From Nemertoderma westbladi (taxonomy: Eukaryota > Animalia > Xenacoelomorpha): DNA of 37,746 nt. Positions within the stretch are counted from its first letter, which is position 1, and every line of letters starts with the position of its first letter. This document shows, piece after piece, positions 23,387 through 33,576 of the stretch. The translations under genes were made by a program, and so were the position numbers. Under the pieces are notes generated by a model, which was not told the DNA's origin, searched no databases, and saw nothing but the letters and a program-made list of their open reading frames with translations. The DNA lies in contig JAUCBJ010002166.1 in the NCBI GenBank assembly GCA_032718475.1, positions 1-37,746 of the forward strand, written 5' to 3'.

Positions 23387-24913
23387 ATGTTGGCATCACG
23401 AACTCACAAAAGTCGGTATGTGACTGGCCCTCAACCGCAGTCTGTGGCAGTCATAGCTAAACCTCCCCGCGATAAACCTGCTGACTATTTGATACAAGAG
23501 AGAATGCGATTGGAGGCACTTGAGGAAGAGGCTTTGGTGCAACAGGAATACAACGAGAAGTTCCTCATTAGATCTACATGGGAGAAGGAAGGTAATCGAC
23601 GAATCGAGAAAGCGAATGTGCGTCGAAAGGTACAGGGATTGTTGCAAGAACAAGAGCTCTCGCTGAATATCAGACGACAAAAACTACGGGAAATGTTATC
23701 GGCGGAGGAGAAAAGTTTAATTAACCAAATGCATCGAAATATGGAGACTCCGTTGGAGAGACAGGCAAAAATGCGCGAGCGTGCAAGGCAGTTGCGAGCG
23801 AAGAGACGTGATGAGAACGAATCATTGGTTACGGAGAAGAGAAATCAACAGTGGAGGAACAACTGCGAGGAGTTGAGATCGCTGATGAGTCGACGGCAGA
23901 CCAAGGAGATCAACGTGGAGCGGGAGGCGCAACGCAAACTCAAAGGTTATCTGGATAAACAACGCGAAGAGGAAGATTCTTACTACCACGAGATGTGGGA
24001 GAACGATCTGAAGGCAAAGATAGCGAGGGAAGAACGAGATGCCAAGGCGGCTCGCGACAGGAATAAGGACACACTTAAGGTGATTCTAGAACAAATATCA
24101 GCAGCCAATAGTAAACAGGCAGATGTGCAGAGGATACGTGAGGAGGAGGCTATTCTCATGGAAGAGCAACGCCAATTACGAGCCTTAGAGGAGCAGAGAG
24201 CGCTGGAGGAAAAGAGGAGGCGTCAAATTGAAACCCGAGACATGTTAGAGAAGAACGTGAAGCTCCGGATGAAACGGCGAGCGCGAGAGATTCAGGAAGA
24301 ACTCGCGCTCGATATGAAACTACTGGAGAAAGTGTTGCGAGAATCGGAGAACGAGAAGATGGAGATGGCGTCGAGGAAGTTGGAATTGATGGAGGAGAGT
24401 CGGCGGTATCGGGAGCATCTGAGGGAGCAGCTGGAGGAGGAGAAAAGGAGGGAGAGGGAGTTGGACCAGGCGGTGGAGATCGAAGTGGAGAAGATGTGGG
24501 CGAAACGGTTGCAACAATGGAAGATGGAGAGGGATGCTCGGAGGCGTCTCATTGATAAAGTGATGGAAGGGAGGAGACGGCAGGTTGAGTACAAGTTGGC
24601 GTTGGCAGCTGAAGAGAAAGAGAGGGCCTTGTTGGAGAAGGAGCAGCTGGCTGCGGCCATAGAGGAGTTCAGGAAGTTGGAACTGGAGGAACGCGAGGCG
24701 AGGTTTATGAAGGAACGGGCTGCCCACCGTGACCTTAGCGAACAGATGGCATACCAACGGCGAGTGGCTGAGTTCGAGAAAGACGAAGCATATCGGGAGT
24801 ACATCGCCGGTCTGCAACAGGAGGCGGCCTACCAGGCCAGGGTCCGAGAGGAACTGAAACGACCCATGGACCATATACATCCCTTACGACTCAAGTTCAT
24901 GTCCAACGCCTAG
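23387..24913 (+). CDS. CFAP53: Cilia- and flagella-associated protein 53 (CCDC11; trichoplein-domain coiled coil), intronless
   Basis: N-terminal VTGPQPQSVAVIAKPP (cf. VKGPTPKVVIVRSKPP), RRQKLREMLSAEE, QQWRNNCEELR, ARRRLIDKVM..RRRQV, C-terminal HIHPLR; 508 aa. Confidence 0.92.
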   Translation: MLASRTHKSRYVTGPQPQSVAVIAKPPRDKPADYLIQERMRLEALEEEALVQQEYNEKFLIRSTWEKEGNRRIEKANVRRKVQGLLQEQELSLNIRRQKLREMLSAEEKSLINQMHRNMETPLERQAKMRERARQLRAKRRDENESLVTEKRNQQWRNNCEELRSLMSRRQTKEINVEREAQRKLKGYLDKQREEEDSYYHEMWENDLKAKIAREERDAKAARDRNKDTLKVILEQISAANSKQADVQRIREEEAILMEEQRQLRALEEQRALEEKRRRQIETRDMLEKNVKLRMKRRAREIQEELALDMKLLEKVLRESENEKMEMASRKLELMEESRRYREHLREQLEEEKRRERELDQAVEIEVEKMWAKRLQQWKMERDARRRLIDKVMEGRRRQVEYKLALAAEEKERALLEKEQLAAAIEEFRKLELEEREARFMKERAAHRDLSEQMAYQRRVAEFEKDEAYREYIAGLQQEAAYQARVREELKRPMDHIHPLRLKFMSNA

Positions 24914-27406
24914 ACATTGTTTACTAAACCAAACTGCTACTTGTAACTTTCATTAATTATTTATCTTATTTGTAGTTTTTTGGCATAAATTTACGTCATT
25001 ATGTGCCTCTCCTTACTTATTACATTGTTATTAACAATTTAATTAAAAATTATTTAATAAAACTTAATTATTTTATTAAAAATTAATTATTTAATTTAGT
25101 CCATATTAATTATTTATACTATATGATAAACACTCCACACGAAACTTTTATGACACACTCTAAGTCTTTATGCCGATTAATTAAGGATCACTCTCGTCAG
25201 AATTCTGCTTCTAAAGAAGTTTTCTCCAAGAAAATTACAATTTGCATAGGTAATCGACCGACTTAAGGACTTAATAAGGTTAATATGCATGTGATCGTAA
25301 TGTATTATAGAAAAGGCGGGTAAAACTCAAATTTGCTTGTAATTAATTTGCATGTTTATTTTGTCGTAAATAAATGTGATACGATATAGTTTATCTGTCA
25401 GTCTAAATGACTTCATAAAATAGTGTAGTAAAATAGTGATCGCAAAGCCGACATTGGTAAGATCCAATTTATATCTGCACGCCTAATGCATCACTTCAGA
25501 TATTTCTATGTTTCCATTTTCCACAACACAAACAAACGACATGGATTGACTTATCCTTGGGATAGTAATGGATTATTAAATTGCTCAAGCGATGCCGTGC
25601 GTCATCAATGCATTCATTATTCACCAGCATTACACAAACTATGGTTTGATCGCCTTCCTAAATTATGGATCTGCTCTGGTACTAGTGATGAATCGAATTG
25701 ATTAAGCAGTTTCGCTCTGAGATCTGACAGAATCATTTGTGTGGGAGCGTTGGGAGCCACGGGAGTTATTAGAGCTACTCACTTACTAACCTTTGTACTG
25801 AAGCTAACTTGGTGGGAATCGTATATATCTGCTACATCATGATTATGGAACTTCTCACATTACCACTTTGTTAATCATAATTATACCTGAATGTCCCCAT
25901 GGGACTCTGCTATTGAGTAGTGGACGTGAAATTACTGTAAAAACCCTTGAATTCTTCACATGGATGGGCGGCTTAATTCGTCCATTATCTCAAATTAACA
26001 GTGCAAATTAGGGGGATTGGGGGGGGGGGGGGGGGGGGGGTGCGTGGCTCCCAATTCCCAGAAAACCCCAAAGTATTTTCTAAGAAGTCTCAAAGTTAAT
26101 TATTTTTTATTTTTTAATATTTTACCGGTTTATAAATATTGTTTATTAATTAATATAATTTCATGCCTTTCTTCATTGTACATACTTGACTTCACTCATT
26201 GAACATATTATAAAAAAAATATTATGAATCCAAAATAAATAATAATCTAATCATAATAACAAAAACAAATAATGCAAAACTCCACAACATTGTGAATTGG
26301 GAAAAATTTTATAATGCAAAACTCCCCAACATTGGAGATTATTGGGTGCTTAAAATGTATTATAATCAAAAATAGTGGGCAACAGTTTAAAATTAGAGTA
26401 GCTAAGAGAGAGGAGTCTTGGATTCCCTCCGATGTTCCGATGTTCCGTTCCGTTCCGTTCACGTTAATAGATAACTTAACTTTTTTATTTACCGGATCGC
26501 AGGATTCCTTTAGTAATGATTAATGTTTATATCATTCGTCCTGTAATTAGTTTGTAGATGGGGGGGGGGGAGTGGGGGGTGGTGCTGGACGCTATTATTA
26601 TTAATCCCTCCAAGGAAAATGGAGTGAATTAACAACTGATCACGGGCCATGTGAAGTATACCTATTTCATTTTGGCGGCATTTGTGGCATACTTATGAAA
26701 CTTTACTGCATGTCTGGAATATAGTGTCGTAATTTAAGCAGGCCTACGTGGACCCCACCACCACCACCACCCCCCCCCCTCCCCATAAACTGTATTTGAT
26801 TTCTTACTGAGTTGTTTGAATAATTTTATGATTTTTAATTGAAAAATGAAAATAATTCTATAATAGTTTTCATTTAAATTAATTTTCAATACGGCACTTA
26901 ATCAATGTCCCATAAGTGACAACAAAAATATATAAATATAAATATTCATTATCAAATTAATTTGTTGATGTAAAATAACGTTTTTTTTCAGGTGTCCATA
27001 CCATAGGCAACAGTTTTTGGTATTTTGTGTTGTGATATTTTGTGCAGCGTAGCGAGAGTAAACATAGCGAGTGGCAGAAAAAAATATATTTATCATGCAT
27101 TACCATATTTCATTCTGAAATTGGTACTTTTCTCACGAGACATTTTTTCATAGGGTATACTTTCAGTGACGTAGCGACCGGGGCGGGGCGTATTCCCCCC
27201 GTGGAGGACAAAACACATCCATAAGAATTCCCCTACTTAGTTCCTATTTAAGCCTCATATGGGAATTTAGTTCCAATGGAAACGGATTTAGTGCCAATTT
27301 TGGCGAATTTAGTTCAAATTTAGACCAAAAACTTGAATAAATCGAAAACGAATGTAGTTCCAATGCAGGGTGAGTACAAGACAAACACTAAAGACCTGTA
27401 CAAAAC

Positions 27407-27665
27407 ACATGTGTTAACTTTCGTTTATTGTTTTTGTTCAACCAACACGCCTCTGTAACCTTTAGTAACCTGCTCCTGTCAATGGCAATGGGACCTAACG
27501 CTCTTTGGGGCATAGCGCGACTTTACCTCCTTTTTTTGTACAGGTCCCAAAGAGCGTTAGGTTACATTGCCATTTATAGGAGCAGGTTTGTAAAGGAGCT
27601 GGTTACAGACTGACAGGCGTGTTGTGGGAACCAAAACAAAACAATAAACAAAAGTAAACACATGT
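27407..27665. mobile_element. Small palindromic MITE-like repeat, ~110-bp imperfect arms
   Basis: ACCTGCTCCT..ATGGCAATG..ACCTAACGCTCTTTGGG is mirrored by CCCAAAGAGCGTTAGGT..CATTGCCAT..AGGAGCAGGT; outer ACATGTGTT/AACACATGT. Confidence 0.75.
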
Positions 27666-29126
27666 TACAAGATCACGCAGGTTACTTAATTGGGCCAATG
27701 TGAAGAATACTTTCTGCCGTTATATTTCACTTTCCAGTTACCCCCATGTGAAGAGAAGAATACCAGGTTTTCACCAAAAACACAGGTTACAGAAGGGCTG
27801 AATCTAACCAAAACAATAAACAAATTAGTATATGTACAGGTTATAAGACAGAAATAAGCGATATAAAACACTTAATAAAGATAAATTTAAAAAACTCCTG
27901 GTATTTTTCACATGGGCGCTGATCACTACCAAAGTAAAACTATAACGTGCCACTGTAACTTGCTCCTTTCCCTAAATTGAAAATTTAACATTGAGTCGAG
28001 ATATTTATGGAAATATGACTAAGCTATTTCCTATTTGAAAGCTACAACGACAACCCAGTCATTCACATTCATACACATATATTTAAATATATAAATTATG
28101 TTACTTATTGGGATATAAGGAATTACATTATATGCAGCATTAAATTTCCAATGCGATGTGTCATTATTCATTTGAAGGATTGCCTTTTTCGTGCCATTTT
28201 CTTAAAATGCTCTGAAAACTGAGATAGTTCACAACCTTTACCCCTGCCATACACTCTCAGTTGTTGGTTTCCATGGCTTTGTTTTGTAACCTAACAACAG
28301 GCGTCCGTCCGCCACCAAGGTATTGGGATCCCTGCTATCTTTCTGGCCCAGTTGTGCTCCCATTGGGGGGGAATAGGCTCCAGCAACTCGGACAGGATTA
28401 GCCACTGATAGATTCCTATCAATGAGAAAGGGAGTTGATGTCTTCTCTATAATTTCGCCATGCCTATAAGTATGTGTACCTTCGGAACAACTTTATATCA
28501 TTCTATTGTTCACTCTGTATTATTGACTCCATATAACTGTATTGCTACAGTTATTACTCTCAAGCACATATGAGATTTGGGTTGAGTTTTCCCATTTTGT
28601 TGGCACTTACTCGTTTCTTTCACACATCCACGTATTCAGTGTATGCGACGGATAATAAACAAATAGCAATGACGCGGTTTAATTGTTATTCATTATTCAG
28701 TTGGCATTTACCGGTTGCATTAATTAATTAAATATGGTCATCATATTGGATAATAATGTAATAATCACTCTCATTGTTCTTTACAATAATTATTTAGCGA
28801 TTATGAGGTATTAAGGCGATTAGAACAAAATATTTAATTAAATGTGAATTTAATATAGTTTATGTTAATTATGTAGTAATCTATTGGATATTTTATATAG
28901 TTTAGTTTCTGTCTATTTCCTATTTTTGTAATATTTTAGTAATTAAATTCGTGGAAGTTAGTCAACTTGTTAATTAAAATCTGAATCAAATATTAATTTG
29001 CATACATATCTGTGATTTGTAAACCATAATGAAATTACAACAAATAATGATATTTAAATTACGGCGGATGTTGTTTTAATATGAAATTAATATGGATAGT
29101 TTGTTTATTTCTATTATTCACGAACG

Positions 29127-29744
29127 ATGAATAGAATTTCGCCATCCCCGAACAACGACACTTCCAACCACCGCTCCTACGACGATTCCGACGAGATCAT
29201 ATCGCTTCCGGTCCAGGGATCGTCAGATCGAGACAGACGCGTCTCGAACGGACCGTCGACACCGCAGAGGAGAGCGTTGACGCCGTACGAACGCGTCGCC
29301 AAGGAGCTAACGGACGACCCCAAAGTGCAGAAGGAGATCACCCTCGGCCAACGGGTCGGTCTCTACCGGATCCGGGGTGATATCGGAACCGGGAACTTCT
29401 CACAAGTAAAACTCGGGATTCATCTACTCACTCGGGAAAAAGTCGCAGTTAAAATCCTCGATAAGAGAAAATTGGACCAGAAAACTCAGCGTTTGTTATC
29501 ACGAGAAATATCTAGCATGGAGAAACTCTATCATCCAAACGTTCTCAGACTATACGAAGTCATAGAAACTCTTACAAAACTCCACTTAGTAGTTGAGTAT
29601 TGTCCCGGAGGGGAATTATACGCGAAAATTACTTCGGAGGGGAAACTTCCAGAAACCCAGTGCAAATCGTTGTACGCGCAGATCGTAGCGGCCGTGAACC
29701 ACTTACACGATTCCTGCATCATACACATCTTTGAAAAAATGTGA
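29127..29744 (+). pseudogene. NIM1K: NIM1-type (AMPK-related) Ser/Thr kinase, truncated before the HRD catalytic loop
   Basis: LTPYERV..EITLGQRVGLYRIRGDIGTGNFSQVKLGIHLLTREKVAVKILDK..LDQKTQRLLSREISSMEKLYHPN is diagnostic of NIM1. Homology ends at IIH (~29727) with no GT donor there, followed by IFEKM*. Confidence 0.75.
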
Positions 29745-30027
29745 TTTCAAAAAAATTAAATTGCGGCAAATAGGTGGATATCGCTAGACCAATGGACACC
29801 TAATATATTTACCTATAATTAATTATTCATATTAATTCTATATTGTAATGTAACGCTATATTGTAATTTGAACCATTATTCAATATTCAAGTTGATATAA
29901 TTTAATTATAATTACTGTACAGTAAATATTACTTATAGTATAAGATTAGCATTGTTATTCAATTACAGTATGTTTATAGTTTTAGACTTTTATATTTTTT
30001 ATAAAATACATTATAGATATATATTTA

Positions 30028-31269
30028 TCAATGTGTAGAAGAAACATCAATGTCTAGCTTTCCTTCGGTATTTACTATTCTAGAATTCTTTGTACCAGAG
30101 GCGTCCGCGGACTCAATTACTTTACGTTTTCTAGAACATTGAAATGAGTTACCATGGGTTCCATTAGTAAAGGAACCGTGGCGGAGCTTGGTTGATTCGA
30201 TGTTGGAATCTGAATAAAGCCGGGAAAGGTTGCTGATATCCGATTGGTTGCCACCCAGCTGGGAGTTGACACTCTCCCCCGATTGGTTGCTACCCAGCTG
30301 AGTGTTGACAATCTCCTCAGATTCAATAAGCTCGTGTCTCGATTCGATCTTAACGGTTTCCCGCTTACCATCCCAACTTCCCCGTTTTTCTTCCCCAATA
30401 TTTCCCAGATTTTCTACCCCACTATTCTCCCGTTTCTCTTCCCGACTGGTTTCCCGTTTATCCTTAGTGCGACGGTTCTGGTACCAGACTTTCACCTGCG
30501 TCTCCGTCAGGTTTAGATTAGCGGCGAACCTCCGGCGTTCTTCCCCCACTATATACGGGTTCGCTATGAACTCATCCTCCAACCTCTGCAACTGTTCCGT
30601 CGTAAACGCCGTGCGAATGCGCTTCGGTTTGTGCAGAAGGTCGGCAATATAGGTCGCATTGGGGTGGTGGGGGGTCATCATGGACTGGTAGTTAGCTAAC
30701 TGTAGAGGGGGCGCAGCTAGCTGCGACTGGTATCTAGCTAGTTGTAGCGGAGACATAGCTAGTTGTAGCGGAGACATAGCTAGTTGTGATTGGTAGTAGC
30801 TGGTGTGTAGATTGGTGGACGACAGTGACTGACTTACATCAATCTGACCGTGGTGACAAGCAAGAGCGCCACCTGGTAGAAAGTGGGGGCAAGTTGGTAA
30901 CACGCAATGTGGGTGGCAATGTGGGTAGCCCGTCGTTTGAAGTAGTTCAATAGGGGTTGGATGGGGCGAACGGGCTGTAGTAAATGGTAATGATGGCAAG
31001 GTGGGGTAACCTAGGTAACTTTCTAGAACGGCTTGATGGGCGAGGTACGTCTGTCTGGAATACTCAGCACATTGTAGCGTTGTTGGGATCGTGGGTGGGG
31101 TTGTTACTGTGCCGCCACTGGCATTGTGGGGCATCCTCGGTGTGGTGGCTAACACTGGTACGGATGGGGTAACAGGGATGGTGCGAACACCCTGGGACAA
31201 CGCAACCTGTGAAGGACCCACTAACGAATCTATAGTAAACATGGTTGATGGAGACACAGATAAAACCAT
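30028..31269 (-). CDS. EMX: Emx/empty-spiracles-class homeobox transcription factor, intronless
   Basis: eh1-like FTIDSLV at the N-terminus; homeodomain [68 protein letters not shown] favours Emx over Vax/Noto. Confidence 0.8.
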   Translation of the reverse strand: MVLSVSPSTMFTIDSLVGPSQVALSQGVRTIPVTPSVPVLATTPRMPHNASGGTVTTPPTIPTTLQCAEYSRQTYLAHQAVLESYLGYPTLPSLPFTTARSPHPTPIELLQTTGYPHCHPHCVLPTCPHFLPGGALACHHGQIDVSQSLSSTNLHTSYYQSQLAMSPLQLAMSPLQLARYQSQLAAPPLQLANYQSMMTPHHPNATYIADLLHKPKRIRTAFTTEQLQRLEDEFIANPYIVGEERRRFAANLNLTETQVKVWYQNRRTKDKRETSREEKRENSGVENLGNIGEEKRGSWDGKRETVKIESRHELIESEEIVNTQLGSNQSGESVNSQLGGNQSDISNLSRLYSDSNIESTKLRHGSFTNGTHGNSFQCSRKRKVIESADASGTKNSRIVNTEGKLDIDVSSTH

Positions 31270-32278
31270 TATATGTATCTAGTCACAAAAAAATCGCAAA
31301 AAAACACGAAATCGTATAAAAATGATGTATATATGAGTAATCATTTAATGAAATCAATGAAGAGTGATCATTTAATGAAATCAATTAATACCAGTCTGTA
31401 GTCATATTGATGCCATTTAAGGAGCAACTGTTATATTATTCATTGTATCAAATCAGGCAATAGGCAATACACGATCCAACCAATTACAAGCGATCATAAA
31501 ATCCAATATAGCCAATGATACGCCGGTATAAAACGATAAGGTTTATGGGCCCATTAGGCGGCCCCTAACTTCTAATTAAACCACATCCATTGGCGGATGG
31601 GAGGACAGCAGAAGTGGACACGGATGAAGAAGTTCTCTTTCGTAAGAAGTAGCTATGGGAATGGGGAGGTAAACATCAAAGGGAAGGTATCAATAACACG
31701 CTACAGTGTTTACTGCGTACAGTAAATTAGGTATATTAGCGACCAATAACAATGGAACCCAATTGAGTGGCCATAAATCCCCGAGGACTAATTGGGGCAT
31801 TAAGCAATGGATATGGGCCCTTGGAGTAGGTTAGCCGGCTATTATACCACTGCAAACTCATTACCACAATATACCACCACCATTGCGTTGTATATCGGCC
31901 CCATTACCAGCAGGGAGACATGCTGGTAATTCTCTTAATTGGAAACCAATAAGCTATACCCTGGGTATTCTTTTGAAGGTCGGTGTAATGCCGACGTCTT
32001 GGGAATAAAAGTAGTGACAAAGTGTCCGAGATATGAGGGCTGTCAAAATGTATCCATCCAGTGGCGTTTTCAACTGGTACAATATTAACACCCCCCCAAG
32101 CATTCTTCGGATCGAACTTGTTTAATTCATATCCGCTCGCTTCAGCCATGGATATTAATTGCCATCAATTATCTACCAAGCCTACTGTAATCATGTGACA
32201 CGTGTTTAAATATATTTTGAATTTTGATCCCAACCATTGCTGTATTGTGATCCTTCCCTAACTTCAACTTATGTCCTT

Positions 32279-33576
32279 ATATTTATTTATTTATTTATTT
32301 CGTACATATTAAATTGCATTACAACAACTAATAGTACAGCATACATAGTGGAAAAGCACAAGAATATGAATATGAGCCTAACTAACTACTGTAGTACAAT
32401 ATTGAATATAATATATATAATGCTAATTACGTAGTACAACTAAATATCAATATAACGATCGCCTAGTTCAACTAGTAAATAGTTACAAAGTGTTTACAAT
32501 AATTACAAATTAGATCAAATCGATATACATTTACAATCGTTGTATCACATAATTTCGGGATTATTTCTAGAGGTTACGAAGCTGAAGCACATATATAATT
32601 TAAAATATCATTAAGTTCCTCTGTGGAGAAACCTGGTACGAATAAATCGTCCTCCCCATGTTTACAATTGACCAATTCACGACAAAGGTTAATATATGGT
32701 AAATTAGAATCATTTACAAACCAAGAAATATTATTGCACATTTTCGCTGTCACACAATGAATAGCTACATTACATTTATTGGCGATACGCTTAAGATTCG
32801 TATCACTAATCGACCTACAGTCGTATAATGTAAGATTTGCAAGAAAACGAATACTAGGTTTTGCGCAATTAGAAATTGATGTGGCAAAATTAACAAAGCG
32901 GCTGCATAACATCGTCATAGGATACGGAAAATCTGAAAGCCCCTCAACAAAAAATCTGTGTGTATTGTAAGGTAATTTCCAGGTTAAACGAAAGTTAATA
33001 TTCCAACTAGTAATCAGCTTATGACAACTATCACTCCAAATATCCCATAGATTACTACCGTAGAAACTTGTAGCAAAAATGCGCTGAATTTTACAGATAC
33101 TGTGTGGATGAGCAAAGCTAAATTCACGTCTAATACAATTCAATTTACCTATAAATTTACCTCTTTTACTTAAAATATCTTTATAGAATTTGCCCTCAAA
33201 ATCAAAAATGTTTCCCAAATGTGTCGCTTCTTTAACCCATGGTAAAATAATGTTACGAATACGAACAGTAGCTACTGGGACATCCCAACTGAAATCAAAA
33301 GGGATGCACTTCGATTTACTTTTAACCGCGTCACGGTTGGTACTAAACGACATATGAAATTCATCAGCAAACGTGACACATATATTTAACATCTGTTGCA
33401 ACCCTTTAATTGACGGGCACACTAAGAAAATATCGTCAGCGTATACGAACACACCTACAAATCTGGACGCAATGTGACAACCAAGGCCACTGGCTCTAAG
33501 TTTAATAATTAATTTGTTTATAATAACACAAAAACAAAATCGGCGAAGCCACTGAACCTTGTCTGACACCATTGCC
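32279..33576 (-). mobile_element. Older non-LTR retrotransposon, 3' part (RT C-terminal half, 3'UTR, (TAAA)n tail); RTEX/Proto2-like, clade uncertain
   Basis: GVRQGSVASPILF (frameshifted), GLGCHIA..VGVFVYADD, HLGNIF, SFYGSNLWD; (TAAA)n tail at 32279-32300. Confidence 0.85.

Noticed and set aside
23396-24880. - strand ORFs overlapping CFAP53
   Set aside because: Antisense artefacts of a purine-rich coiled-coil gene.
28200-28620. Possible decayed coding sequence (higher GC, short open stretches)
   Set aside because: No recognisable motif, splice pattern or long ORF.
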